Positions 1-10,371 of a stretch of DNA of 64,000 nt are shown here, one piece after another. Origin of the DNA: Coleofasciculus chthonoplastes F2-STO-03. Lineage in GTDB: Bacteria > Cyanobacteriota > Cyanobacteriia > Cyanobacteriales > Coleofasciculaceae. The translations under genes and the position numbers were made by a program. The stretch covers positions 19,941 to 83,940 of the forward strand of contig JAVJWO010000096.1 of the NCBI GenBank assembly GCA_040222015.1. Direction: 5' to 3'. The stretch's first letter is position 1; each line of letters opens with the position of its first letter. The notes below the pieces were generated by a model. The model was not told where the DNA came from. It worked only from the letters and a program-made list of their open reading frames with translations, and made no database searches.

Positions 1-279
1 CTGATTGGTCGCCGCCAGAGTATCCCCTGGGATTAAATTGGGTAAATTATGGGCAATGGCAGTAATTAACTTAGAACGGTGAGATGATCCTTTATCTTCG
101 TCATTGTTTAGGGCAAATATATGACAGATATTCTGGATATGTTTTCGCACCGTTCCTTGAGAAATACAGAGTGCCGCCGCAATTTCACTATCATTTTTCC
201 CGGCGACAAATTTCTGTAAAACTTCCTTTTGTCGCTGGGTAAGTTTGGTAAATGCGTTGGTGAACTCTTGCTGATCCAT
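1..279 (-). CDS. 5' part of a protein with an N-terminal LuxR-type HTH (runs off the window edge)
   Basis: Manual translation from ATG at 279: MDQQEFTNAFTKLTQRQKEVLQKFVAGKNDSEIAAALCISQGTVRKHIQNIC. Matches the LuxR pattern LTxRQxEVL...EIAxxLxISxGTVxKH. Not in the ORF track. Confidence 0.8.
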   Translation of the reverse strand, partial: MDQQEFTNAFTKLTQRQKEVLQKFVAGKNDSEIAAALCISQGTVRKHIQNICHIFALNNDEDKGSSHRSKLITAIAHNLPNLIPGDTLAATNQ

Positions 280-536
280 TATCCTGAGAAACAGTCATCT
301 ACTTTAATTGTTGCATAGGATAGCAACTCCCATACCATCATTAAGCATTGGTGATACTTGCATTGAGCGCTGCCTGTAGCCACACAATTGTTATAAACGA
401 TACAGAATAAGCAGGTAGTGTGGCGGCGTCTCCTTCCATAATTAGAAATAAATGGATTTCACGCTGTCCAATTTTGTAATAAATTGATAAAAGCGGTGTC
501 AATAATCCCACTATCTTGGAAAAACTTATTTGTCAG

Positions 537-908
537 CTATTCGACAGTACGCCCACCAAACCGATGAAACCCCAAAGCCAAAAGTACTAAACTCAAGGCA
601 CAAACTGCACTAATGATTTGACCTAAACGTTCTTCCATACCTGCCTTGAGAGTTACCGCAATCTGGTGCTGTCCCTGAGGTATTCTTAACGACAGTAAAC
701 CTTCTGGTTGGGAAGGCTTTACGGGAAGCTTGTTTGATTCTCCCTTAAATCTCGCTATCCATCCTGGATAGTAAAACTGACTCAGGCACAACAACATAAT
801 CCAAGCATCAGTACAAGGCTCAGCTGGAATAGTTATAGTCGATCCGACTAAAATAATTAAGAAAATTGAAGTGATGTGAATCCGTATGGGAAGATTTGTT
901 AATTTCAT
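537..908 (-). pseudogene. C-terminal remnant of a YfhO-like/GT-C-associated membrane protein
   Basis: QFYYPGW...LRIPQGQHQIAVTL plus a terminal TM helix is typical of the C-terminus of these large proteins; the N-terminal part is absent. Confidence 0.5.
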
Positions 909-1159
909 TCCTATTACTGGTGATTATTTATACAATCAATAAACTCTAACCCATGTCAGATTTTTGTCAAGTACAATTTATACCAAATAAAATAACTTTA
1001 CCCTGAACTTTATACCGACACAGTTACTCAGGGTTTGGCAAACAAGCTACACTGCCATGAACCATAGAGACAAAGCCTTCACCCAAAATTCGAGAATCTT
1101 TCATCGAATCAAGATCAGGAGTTGGTTTTGCCACTGCACCTGGAGAAAACTTGACTAGC

Positions 1160-1202
1160 GCTGAAGCTTAACAAAGATTTAAGATTTTAGTTAAGCTTCA
1201 GC
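1160..1202. promoter_or_regulatory. Perfect 13-bp inverted repeat upstream of the glycosyltransferase cluster
   Basis: GCTGAAGCTTAAC-N17-GTTAAGCTTCAGC. Confidence 0.5.
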
Positions 1203-1382
1203 TCAAAAACTATTGTAGAATAATATCAGCCTAAATCAATCCACTATTAACTCACGTAAAAGTCGAATATCCTAAAATCATTGTTCTCTAAAGGATAAGC
1301 TCATAACCGAAGAGAAATAATTAAGTCATTCAGATGATTCGGGATGTACTAAATCAGTTGATTAATTTAAGGAGAGTAACTT

Positions 1383-2408
1383 ATGGATACTGTTAATCAG
1401 GCTGCTGAAGACCTTAAAGGTGACACTGTTTCCCTATCTATAGTGGTTCCTCTTCATAATGAGGAGCCTAACCTTGAATACTTATTTGCTCGATTAGAAT
1501 CAGTCTTGACTTCTTTAAAATTGAGATACGAGATTGTTTGTGTAGATGATGGTAGCAAAGATAACACATTAATGTACCTGATTCAACATCACCATCGCAA
1601 TCCTGCCATTAAGGTAGTCAGTTTATCCCGTAACTTTGGGAAAGAGATAGCTTTAACCGCAGGGATTGATTACGCAAGTGGAGCGGCTGTCGTACCAATC
1701 GATGCCGATTTACAAGATCCACCGGAACTGATCAAAGAACTTGTGGGTAGATGGCATGAAGGTTTCGACGTGGTTTACGCAACGCGGCGATCGCGTCAAG
1801 GGGAAAGCTGGTTAAAACGCTTTACGGCTAACGCTTTTTACCGGGTCATTTCCAGCATAAGTTCTGTACCCATCCCCCGCAATACCGGAGATTTTCGGTT
1901 ACTGGATCGACGGGTAGTTGAAATTCTCAAGCGAATGCCAGAACGAACCCGTTTCATGAAAGGTCTTTTTGCATGGGTTGGTTTTCATCAAATTTCTATC
2001 GTATATGATCGATCCCCACGCTATAAAGGAAAAACCAAGTGGAATTATTGGCGGCTTTGGAATTTTGCTGTTGATGGCATTACATCCTTTACCTTGGTTC
2101 CGTTAAAGATCTGGGGGTATGTCGGATTAGTCTTATCTTTGTTTGCTTTTCTTTATGCAGCTTTTCTGATGATTCGTACTTTAATTTTCGGAATCGTTGT
2201 ACCCGGTTATGCTTCGTTAATGGTGGTTACGCTTTTTTTAGGAGGAATGCAACTCCTTACACTGGGCATAATTGGTGAATATTTGGGTCGTGTCTATGAG
2301 GAAGTCAAACGACGTCCTCTTTATTTAGTTCGAGACTGCTATGGTTTTGCGACTAATTATCAACGTAATGATCAAAGTAAACTTGTTGATGGGAGAACAG
2401 CTAAGTAG
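1383..2408 (+). CDS. GT2 polyprenyl-phosphate glycosyltransferase (GtrB/ArnC-like)
   Basis: VDDGSKD, SRNFGKE, IDADLQDPP, GDFRLLDR motifs; two C-terminal TM helices. Confidence 0.92.
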   Translation: MDTVNQAAEDLKGDTVSLSIVVPLHNEEPNLEYLFARLESVLTSLKLRYEIVCVDDGSKDNTLMYLIQHHHRNPAIKVVSLSRNFGKEIALTAGIDYASGAAVVPIDADLQDPPELIKELVGRWHEGFDVVYATRRSRQGESWLKRFTANAFYRVISSISSVPIPRNTGDFRLLDRRVVEILKRMPERTRFMKGLFAWVGFHQISIVYDRSPRYKGKTKWNYWRLWNFAVDGITSFTLVPLKIWGYVGLVLSLFAFLYAAFLMIRTLIFGIVVPGYASLMVVTLFLGGMQLLTLGIIGEYLGRVYEEVKRRPLYLVRDCYGFATNYQRNDQSKLVDGRTAK

Positions 2409-2584
2409 TCGAACAGAAACTTTTGTTCCTTCGTTAAATTGTGTAAATAAGCTGTCAAGCATTTAAATTCGGTATGAGTAGCGACTAAAATTATCGTGCA
2501 AAACCAATTAATTGTTTACCTGAAGGTTTAAATGCAAAACAGCTTTTCACTTAAATTCTATCGGTTGCAAAGGATATTTATATT

Positions 2585-3817
2585 ATGTTTAACTTATCAA
2601 TTAGGAGAAAAAAGCAATTTAATCGACTGTTGGGCATAACAGTTCTTATTGTTTCCATAGCTGCATTATATGCGTTTGGCATATATGGTCTAGGACAAGT
2701 TGTAGGGACACCGCCAGGAGTTCTTCGTGGAGGAGATTTTCGTTTTTTCTACACGGCTGGTCAAATTTTTCTCAATGGTCAAAATCCCTATAATCCGGAA
2801 ATCTTTTCAAGTGCATTTCAGGAGTTGACAGGTGAAACAGTTGATTTAACTCTAGCTTATCCACCACAATTTGCACCGTTGTGTATGTTATTTGCACTGC
2901 TCGATTATTCGAGCGCACGCATTGCTTTCACATTGCTTAATATCTTAGCAGTAAGCTGTCTGGCTTTCTTTACAATGCGGCTGGTGACCGATGCAGAGAA
3001 CCCTAGACCAGCAAGTTTTTTGCCCGTAACGCGATGGCTTATCCCAGCCTTGATTGTGGGTAATCCTTTCACAGCAAATGTGTTCTGGTTTGGTCAAGCA
3101 ACGTTAATTGCTGGTGCTGTAATGGTTGGAGGTTGGTATTGTGCCAGACGGAACAAGCCCTTTTTAGCAGGTTTGCTGTTAGGATTGTCTACGTTTAAGC
3201 CTCAATTTTTTATATTCCCAGCTCTGTGGCTATTACTAGATCGCCAATGGAAAATTTTAGCTTTTACAGGAATAACGTCATTGACTTTATCGTCATATTT
3301 TTTGATAACATTAGGTCCAATTTATGCAATTAAAGATTGGCTACATGCATTGTCTATTTATCAATCAGCTTCAGTCAACACGTTGGGTTCTATACATGTA
3401 ACAGGTGTACCCAGTGCTTTGACTTCTTTAGGATTAAATATGCCAGAAACTTTTGTATTGATGATAGGAGGAGCAGCGCTCACATTTTTATTTTGGCTGG
3501 GTCAGTCTAGGCTTTGCTCTGATGACATTCTAGGAATATTGATGTCGATTCAAATTTGCCTTTACGCACATAATTACGACATTGTATTATTAGCTCCACT
3601 CATCAGCGCCCTCTGGTTGCATATCGCACATCGTCACAAGTTATTGGCTATAGCGGCTATAACTCTGCTATTCATTTGTCTGCCTCGACAATTTCTACGT
3701 CCTCTAAATATACCCATATTGGAACATTTGCGAGCCATCCTGATTCTTTTTGCCTTTATTTCATTAGTTGTTTTAAGTTGGCAACAAAAGAAACAGCTTG
3801 AAGCAAAAATAATCTGA
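2585..3817 (+). CDS. GT87/DUF2029 family membrane glycosyltransferase
   Basis: DF..FYTAG, NPY, YPP, GQ, FKPQ, YD motifs; polytopic membrane protein. Confidence 0.8.
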   Translation: MFNLSIRRKKQFNRLLGITVLIVSIAALYAFGIYGLGQVVGTPPGVLRGGDFRFFYTAGQIFLNGQNPYNPEIFSSAFQELTGETVDLTLAYPPQFAPLCMLFALLDYSSARIAFTLLNILAVSCLAFFTMRLVTDAENPRPASFLPVTRWLIPALIVGNPFTANVFWFGQATLIAGAVMVGGWYCARRNKPFLAGLLLGLSTFKPQFFIFPALWLLLDRQWKILAFTGITSLTLSSYFLITLGPIYAIKDWLHALSIYQSASVNTLGSIHVTGVPSALTSLGLNMPETFVLMIGGAALTFLFWLGQSRLCSDDILGILMSIQICLYAHNYDIVLLAPLISALWLHIAHRHKLLAIAAITLLFICLPRQFLRPLNIPILEHLRAILILFAFISLVVLSWQQKKQLEAKII

Positions 3818-3940
3818 CGGGGTAAAAATCAAGATTCAAACCCTGCCTCATACCTGATAATGGTTTTCATAATTTTAACCTTTTTTAGTAGTGGAAATCA
3901 TGAACAAGAGTAGCTTTGCAATATTTGAGTTTTAAGGGAG

Positions 3941-6208
3941 ATGTCAATTATGCTAAACATTCAATATTTAGTAGATGTGGTGTACTTTATCGTAATTGCG
4001 ATTAGTCCCATGCCTTTATGTTTGTCTATTGCCTTTATCAATTCATCTGAAAGGTATAAAAAGTATAACAAAAACCAGACTGAGTCGTTATCATTCAGTA
4101 AATTGCTTTTAATAATTACAACAGGTTGGTGTGTTATATCAACTGTAGTATGCCTTTTATTAGGAATTTTAGGATGGTTTAATTTAAGATACATCATATA
4201 TTTTGATGTTATTTTATTCATTAGTGGTATTGGTTTTTGGAGATATCTGAAAATTAATAATATTTTGCCATTATACTTTCAACATTTAGTAAAAATAATT
4301 CAATCCATCACAAAAAATGAATGGATAATTCTAAGTTCAATCTGTTTTGTCGGACTTGTTCTCATGGAACGATCGGTGACTCGACCACTGATTGATTATG
4401 ACTCGTTATGGTATCACTTACCCAATATGGTCAGTTGGTATCAATCATCTTCATTAAAAATGGTAGATACAATTGGTGATATAGTCTTTGATCAAACGAT
4501 TCGCTATCCTTACAATTGGGAGTTATTATCGACCTTATTAGTCATGCCTTTTAGGGATGATTTCTTAGTAACCCTTACTAAGGTAATTTCCTGGTTCATT
4601 CTGGGAGTTTCTATATATAGAATTAGCCTTCGCTTTGGGGCGAATCGACTTTCTAGTCTAGCGGCATCTTCTCTAGTTTTAACAACGCCATTTATTTTGT
4701 TAACTACAAATACAATGGAGATAGATGTTCCTCTATCTGCATTCTTCTTGGCTAGTCTATCTTTTGCTATGGATTATAGTGAACATCGTAAAATGTTGGA
4801 CTTATCGATGTTTAGTTTATGTTTAGGAATGCTATTAGGAATAAAAACTAGCAGTATTTTTTATGGGGGGTTATTGGTTGCATTTATCGCTGTCACAGCA
4901 GTAATTCATATAGGATTACGCCATAAATCAAGTCATAATTACAAAACTTCAGTTTCTCCGAAAAAAAATAACATTCTTATTCTAGTAATTACCTTTTTAT
5001 TGTGTTCTGTTTTATTGTGTTTGTTTTGGTACATCAGGAATTTTGTAGAACTCGGCAATCCTCTTGGTTATGTGCAAGTGAACCTAGGTGATTTTACAAT
5101 ATTCCCAGGAAAAATAAGCGCAAAAGATATTAAAGCAACCTCCCTCGCTAATTTATTTAATCTGACTAACCTATCTCATTGGCAAATAATCGGGATGCAA
5201 GCCTTAGTCAGATTACAACTCCCTTTTATCGCGATAATTTTGCAAATTGTGGCAGGATTATATATTTTAATAACGAGGAAACGTAAAATCAAACCTCAAT
5301 TTATTATTGGTATAGCATTATTACTCATCGCTACAGGATGGTTATATTGGAATACACCAGGTAGTGGTGCACCTGGTTTAGGTGAAGGAAAAGAAATCAC
5401 AGCGTTTGTCGGCTATGAATTTAGATATGGATTTTCCTTTCTAAGTATCTTAGGTATAGCAGCGGCAATGAGTGCCACTCTGGCTGCAACTCCTGAAAAA
5501 ATTATCGTAATACTTGTTACTTTTAGTAGTTTAGCCAGTTTAATGACCTATATACTATCTGATTTAGTTAAAACAGCGACTTTTACGGGAACCTCAGAAA
5601 TTCTATGGGCAAGCAAAATTGTTGAATCCATTATTAGTAATCCCAGTCAATTTTTTCAAATTCTCAATAATGCCATTGGCAATAGTCTTTTCTCTATTGG
5701 AATTTATGGTATCCTTTATATAGGATTAATGCTTCTAATATTTTGGCAACCAAACTACTTAAAGTTCAATTTAGCTAGTTTGACTACAACTTGGACTCGA
5801 AGAACCATTACGGCTTTAATTTGCCTATTGCTACTCACTACCACAAGCATTGTGGCGCGAGAAAGACGGGATATTCTACGCAAAGAATTCTACGGTGGTA
5901 TTTATGATTATATTGAACAAAATATATCTCCCACAGAAAGAATTGGGTATTTACTCACTCATCGCATTTATCTTTTTTCAGGAAAAAACTGGGATAGGAA
6001 CGTTGTATACGCAGCACCAGACAGTTCTGAAAGTTTAACTGAATGGATTAATGACCTTAAAGAAAGAGGGATTAGTGTACTAGCCGTAGGTCCAGTCAGA
6101 GATCCGTCAACTAGGGAACTGGCTTGGTTGGAAGCGCCTGATGGATCATTTACCCGTGTTTTCGGTGAAGATTTTAATCGAGAATCATTAATCTATCGGC
6201 TGGATTAA
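3941..6208 (+). CDS. Large polytopic GT-C (ArnT/PMT-like) membrane protein
   Basis: DYDSLWYHLP, YPYNWE, WYIRN..ELGNP motifs; many TM segments. Confidence 0.65.
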   Translation: MSIMLNIQYLVDVVYFIVIAISPMPLCLSIAFINSSERYKKYNKNQTESLSFSKLLLIITTGWCVISTVVCLLLGILGWFNLRYIIYFDVILFISGIGFWRYLKINNILPLYFQHLVKIIQSITKNEWIILSSICFVGLVLMERSVTRPLIDYDSLWYHLPNMVSWYQSSSLKMVDTIGDIVFDQTIRYPYNWELLSTLLVMPFRDDFLVTLTKVISWFILGVSIYRISLRFGANRLSSLAASSLVLTTPFILLTTNTMEIDVPLSAFFLASLSFAMDYSEHRKMLDLSMFSLCLGMLLGIKTSSIFYGGLLVAFIAVTAVIHIGLRHKSSHNYKTSVSPKKNNILILVITFLLCSVLLCLFWYIRNFVELGNPLGYVQVNLGDFTIFPGKISAKDIKATSLANLFNLTNLSHWQIIGMQALVRLQLPFIAIILQIVAGLYILITRKRKIKPQFIIGIALLLIATGWLYWNTPGSGAPGLGEGKEITAFVGYEFRYGFSFLSILGIAAAMSATLAATPEKIIVILVTFSSLASLMTYILSDLVKTATFTGTSEILWASKIVESIISNPSQFFQILNNAIGNSLFSIGIYGILYIGLMLLIFWQPNYLKFNLASLTTTWTRRTITALICLLLLTTTSIVARERRDILRKEFYGGIYDYIEQNISPTERIGYLLTHRIYLFSGKNWDRNVVYAAPDSSESLTEWINDLKERGISVLAVGPVRDPSTRELAWLEAPDGSFTRVFGEDFNRESLIYRLD

Positions 6209-6212
6209 GTCT

Positions 6213-6241
6213 ACTCCCACCTCCATGAAGGAGATGGGAGT
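6213..6241. terminator. Hairpin between the convergent GT-C gene and gltD
   Basis: ACTCCCACCTCC-ATGAA-GGAGATGGGAGT stem-loop. Confidence 0.45.
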
Positions 6242-6302
6242 GAAGTGTTCACTATCTACATCTAGGATGCATGGTAACTCAATGAACCATTAACTATGAA
6301 CT

Positions 6303-7790
6303 TTATCGAGGCAAATCTGTACTCCCCATCAGGTAGCGATCGCACTCACGGGCAGCACCTCGTCCTTCATTGAATGCCCAAACCACCAAACTTTGACCCC
6401 GGCGACAGTCTCCGGCGGCAAAGACACCGGGAATGCTGGTGGCATAGTTCCCATAATCGGCTTTTATATTACTCCGGGCATTACGTTCTAAGCCCAAGGC
6501 ATCCAGCAGGGGTTGTTCTGGTCCCAGGAAACCCATGGCTAAGAGGACAAGCTGGGCGGGAATCACTTTTTCTGTACCCGGAACCGGACTGGGAATAAAT
6601 CGACCTTGGTCGTTTTTCTGCCACTCAATTTGCACCGTATGCACCGCTTTCACATTTCCCGCGTCATCCCCCTCAAACTTAGTCGCGGTGGTGAGATAGG
6701 AACGGGGATCAGCGCCAAACTTCGCCGCCGCTTCTTCCTGCCCATAATCCAGGCGATAAATCTTGGGCCACTCGGGCCAGGGGTTGTCGGGGGCGCGTTC
6801 TAGGGGCGGTTGGGGCATGATTTCTAGTTGCACCAGACTCTTGCACCCGTGGCGCAGGGACGTACCAACGCAGTCGGTTCCCGTATCACCGCCGCCGATA
6901 ATCACCACATCTTTGCCTTCGGCGGAGATAAAGTTGCCGTTTTTGCTGTTATCTAAAATGGCTTTGGTATTGGCAGTCAGGAAATCCATGGCGAAGTGGA
7001 TACCCTTTAACTCCCGTCCTTCGATGGGTAAGTCCCGTGGCTTGGTTGCGCCGGTGCAAAGGACTACGGCGTCAAATTCTTTGACTAGATTCTCGGTGGG
7101 GAAGTCTTTGCCCACCTCGGTGTTGCAGATAAACTTAACCCCTTCTTGTTCAAGCTGGTCAAGGCGACGCTGAACGACTTGCTTTTTGTCCAGTTTCATG
7201 TTAGGGATGCCATACATGAGTAAGCCGCCGGGACGATCTGCCCGTTCAAATACGGTGATCCAATGACCGGCTTTATTGAGTTGGGCAGCCGCACAGAGTC
7301 CAGCCGGTCCGGACCCCACAATCGCGACTTTTTTCCCGGTGCGCTTGGTTGGGGGTTCGGGTTCGACCCAGCCTTCCTCCCAGCCTTTGTCAATAATCGA
7401 ACATTCGATATTTTTGATGGTCACGGGGGGGTTATGGATACCCAAAACACAGGAACCCTCACAGGGCGCTGGACAGACGCGACCGGTGAATTCGGGGAAG
7501 TTGTTGGTTTTGTGCAAGCGATCGAGTGCCTCGCGCCATCGACCCCGATAAATTAGGTCGTTCCACTCCGGGATTAGGTTGTTGATTGGGCAACCGCTTG
7601 CCATACCCTTGATCATGGTTCCGGTATGGCAAAATGGCGTGCCGCAGTCCATACACCGCGCCGCCTGAGTTTGGAGTTTTTCCTCTGGCATGGGCAGATG
7701 GAACTCATCCCAGTTGCCAATGCGACTGTCGGGTTGCAGTTCTGAGGGCAATTCGCGGAGATATTCGATAAAGCCGGTTGGTTTTCCCAT
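6303..7790 (-). CDS. gltD: NADH-dependent glutamate synthase small subunit
   Basis: MGKPTGF start, [51 protein letters not shown]. Confidence 0.97.
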   Translation of the reverse strand: MGKPTGFIEYLRELPSELQPDSRIGNWDEFHLPMPEEKLQTQAARCMDCGTPFCHTGTMIKGMASGCPINNLIPEWNDLIYRGRWREALDRLHKTNNFPEFTGRVCPAPCEGSCVLGIHNPPVTIKNIECSIIDKGWEEGWVEPEPPTKRTGKKVAIVGSGPAGLCAAAQLNKAGHWITVFERADRPGGLLMYGIPNMKLDKKQVVQRRLDQLEQEGVKFICNTEVGKDFPTENLVKEFDAVVLCTGATKPRDLPIEGRELKGIHFAMDFLTANTKAILDNSKNGNFISAEGKDVVIIGGGDTGTDCVGTSLRHGCKSLVQLEIMPQPPLERAPDNPWPEWPKIYRLDYGQEEAAAKFGADPRSYLTTATKFEGDDAGNVKAVHTVQIEWQKNDQGRFIPSPVPGTEKVIPAQLVLLAMGFLGPEQPLLDALGLERNARSNIKADYGNYATSIPGVFAAGDCRRGQSLVVWAFNEGRGAARECDRYLMGSTDLPR

Positions 7791-7997
7791 AGTGATGCCT
7801 CAAGTTTAGAGTAGGGTATAGTTGTTGGCTAAGGTGTCATTCGGCGATGGTGATGCAGTCCCTAGACTATTTTGGCGGCAAATCCTCACCAATCGGTCAT
7901 TTACGGTGATCGGTGACCAACTAAGGGGATGGAAGACTGTCTAGAGACGTTAAAAGCAGCATCTGTACCAAGTCAAAAGTCAAAATCAGAGATATTT

Positions 7998-8013
7998 TGT
8001 AGTATTTGTTACA
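7998..8013. promoter_or_regulatory. NtcA-binding site upstream of gltD
   Basis: TGTA-GTATTTGT-TACA, an exact GTA-N8-TAC. Confidence 0.7.
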
Positions 8014-8333
8014 TTTTGTCAATCATTTTGGCGTTTAAATGCGAGGTTGAGTTTAATAAAAGGTTAGATTGGCTGCGGTTCAGTGGCTAGGATTCATTAA
8101 GGTTTAGGTTCTGATTGAAGACGGCTAGAGATAGGATACAAAATAATTGCTTCTAGGGTTTCATATTTTCACATTTTTTTATAAAGCAACCCCGTTTCGT
8201 TGGTGTCGGAAGGTGTCGGAAGTTAGTCAGCCCTGAATTAAAATACTCGAAGAGAAGCCGCTCCGCGTCTACGGGCTAAGAGCTCGCGTCCCGTTAAAAC
8301 GGGTTAATAACTTTAATTGTGTCCACCTACTTA

Positions 8334-8358
8334 TGACAAATGACAAATGACAAATGAC
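8334..8358. repeat. Heptamer tandem repeat (STRR-type, TGACAAA)
   Basis: tgacaaa-tgacaaa-tgacaaa-tgac. Confidence 0.8.
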
Positions 8359-8396
8359 TTATGCCACAATCAAGGCAGTATTTGAGATAATCGGCA

Positions 8397-9218
8397 ATGG
8401 CTTGGTCGGCGGGACAGCAGTTGCAACGTGGCAAATATACGATTGAGAAGGAGTTAGGATCAGGACGGTTTGGGATAACCTATTTAGCCCGCGATCGCAC
8501 GTCCCAACGCTGTGTGGTGAAAACCCTGAGTGATACGTTACTCAATCAGCTTACTCCAGCAGAACTTAATCGACTTCAGGATAAGTTGTGGCAAGAGGCG
8601 GTGAAGTTGGCGCAGTGCAAACACCCTCATATTGTCCGGGTTAAAGATTCGTTTAAAGAAGGTGATCAAGTTTGTCTTGTCATGGAGTATATTCAGGGGC
8701 AAGATTTAACCCATGCCAACCGACTGACCGAAAAAGAAGCATTACACTATATTCGCCAGATTGGTTCAGCACTGATGGTGGTGCATGAGAATAACTTAGT
8801 GCATCGGGATGTTCGACCTGCGAATATTATCATGCGTCAGGGGAAACGGGAGGCGGTGTTAATTGATTTTGGGTTAGCGGTGGGATTTGATCACCCGTTG
8901 ACGACAATTAATCCGACAACCGCCGATGGGTTTACACCCCTGGAATTATATCATGTGGATGCCGAACGCGGCGCTTATACGGATGTGTATTCCTTAGCCG
9001 CGACATTGTATCAATTATTAACCGGAGAAAAACCGCCCAGTGTCCGCGATCGCAGTTTGGCAAGGGCTAAATTAAAGCCACCTCAAGACGTGAATCCCCA
9101 AATGAGCGATCGCACAAATCAGGCGATTCTCCGAGGGATGGCGTTAGCCCCCGAAGAACGCCCGCTGAAATATTGCGTGCTTTCCCTGACATGGGAGAAG
9201 GAGAACCGAAATAATTAA
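8397..9218 (+). pseudogene. Ser/Thr protein kinase, probably 3'-truncated
   Basis: GSGRFG, VVK, HRDVRPANI, DFG motifs; similarity to the neighbouring kinase stops at ERP (~9164) and the last codons come from a repeat fragment. Confidence 0.65.
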
Positions 9219-9274
9219 TGATAAAAAATGTAGCTGGCTATATCTTATCTTGCTCCCCTCTCCCCGGCGTGGGA
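9193..9274. repeat. Partial copy of the 249-bp repeat unit
   Basis: GGGAGAAGGAGAACCGAAATAATTAATGATAAAAAATGTAGCTGG...CTCCCCTCTCCCCGGCGTGGGA matches the units at 10372-10869. Confidence 0.85.
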
Positions 9275-9412
9275 AAGTCAACAGGCAATAGGCAACAGGC
9301 AACAATTTTAGAGTGGGCTGTTCAACCACAAATGAGGTAAAATCGGATGGGGAGTATCTGACTGAATAATTTCCCAGAAAATAATTCCCCGTAATGGTAA
9401 AAGCAACTGGCT

Positions 9413-9760
9413 ATGCAAATTCGAGACTACTTCAACTTTCTGGCTCCTGATGATATCCGCATTCAGGACAGTCGCATCGGAATTGAAAGCGTTCTTTACG
9501 AGTATATTTACCGAGCTAAAACCCCTGAAGAAATCGCCCAACAATTTGAAAGCATTACCCTAGAACAGGTTTATGCGACGATTCTTTACTATCTACACAA
9601 CACCGAAGAAGTGAGTGCTTACTTGGCAGATTGGTTAGCATTTTGCCGTCAACAGCGAGACGAGCAAAAACAGAATCCTTCTCCGGCACGACAGAGATTA
9701 CGCCAATTGAAAGTAGAGGCAGAAGTTCAGCAAAAATATTCTGAATCGGTGAACAGTTGA
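9413..9760 (+). CDS. DUF433 family putative antitoxin
   Basis: IRIQDSRIGIESVL...TPEEIAQQF..ITLEQVYATILYY. Confidence 0.85.
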   Translation: MQIRDYFNFLAPDDIRIQDSRIGIESVLYEYIYRAKTPEEIAQQFESITLEQVYATILYYLHNTEEVSAYLADWLAFCRQQRDEQKQNPSPARQRLRQLKVEAEVQQKYSESVNS

Positions 9761-10125
9761 TAATGATTCAATATTTGTTGGATGAGCATATTGCCTCGTT
9801 GTACCGAACTCAACTGATGCGTAAAGCTCCTTATCTTATTGTTAGAAAAATTGGAGATCCAGATGCTCCGGCAAAAGGAACTCTCGATCCTGAAATTTTA
9901 ATCTGGTGTGAGACGAATAATTTTATATTAGTGACCAATAATCGGAAATCTATGCCCAAACACTTAGCATATCATCTTGCCGAAGGACATCATATACCAG
10001 GAATCTTTGTTATCGATCTATCTCGGAATATTGGTGAAACCCTTACCGAGCTAATTTTCATTGCTGAAGCTTCCTTTGTTGGGGAATATCAAGACCGAAT
10101 TGAATACTTGCCGTTGAGTGAATAA
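9757..10125 (+). CDS. DUF5615 PIN-like putative toxin
   Basis: YLLDEHI, D.EIL.W, ILVTNN motifs; coupled to the DUF433 gene. Confidence 0.85.
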   Translation: MIMIQYLLDEHIASLYRTQLMRKAPYLIVRKIGDPDAPAKGTLDPEILIWCETNNFILVTNNRKSMPKHLAYHLAEGHHIPGIFVIDLSRNIGETLTELIFIAEASFVGEYQDRIEYLPLSE

Positions 10126-10166
10126 GAAGAGCAGGAACGAACGATTTAAGATTTCATAGCCCTTAA

Positions 10167-10272
10167 TATAGCAGTTCCCAAGTGAGTGAGGTACACCCAA
10201 AGGTGGGAGCGAATGTAGGGGCACCATCCTTGCGCCCTCACCCCTGCACCTCATCTTATGAGAAACGCTATA
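10167..10272. mobile_element. MITE-like element with imperfect ~28-bp terminal inverted repeats, carrying a REP
   Basis: Left end TATAGCAGTTCCCAAGTGAGTGAGGTACA; reverse complement of right end TATAGCGTTTCTCATAAGATGAGGTGCA. Confidence 0.55.
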
Positions 10273-10288
10273 GTCCTTAATTCCGGTT

Positions 10289-10349
10289 GTAGGGGCGGGT
10301 TTTACCGATAACGTTTCAGCATCAACCGATAACTGGACTAAACCCGCCC
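10289..10349. repeat. GTAG-REP doublet, family A (GGGCGGGTTT...AAACCCGCCC)
   Basis: Further copies at ~21291, 31247, 36841, 42953, 56818 and 63531. Confidence 0.85.
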
Positions 10350-10371
10350 TCTTCTATCTTCAATCTCGTTT

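Noticed and set aside
6374..7656. Short overlapping and antisense ORFs inside gltD (likewise inside gltB, amyA, the radical SAM gene and others)
   Set aside because: Shadow frames of well-supported genes, with no recognisable motifs.
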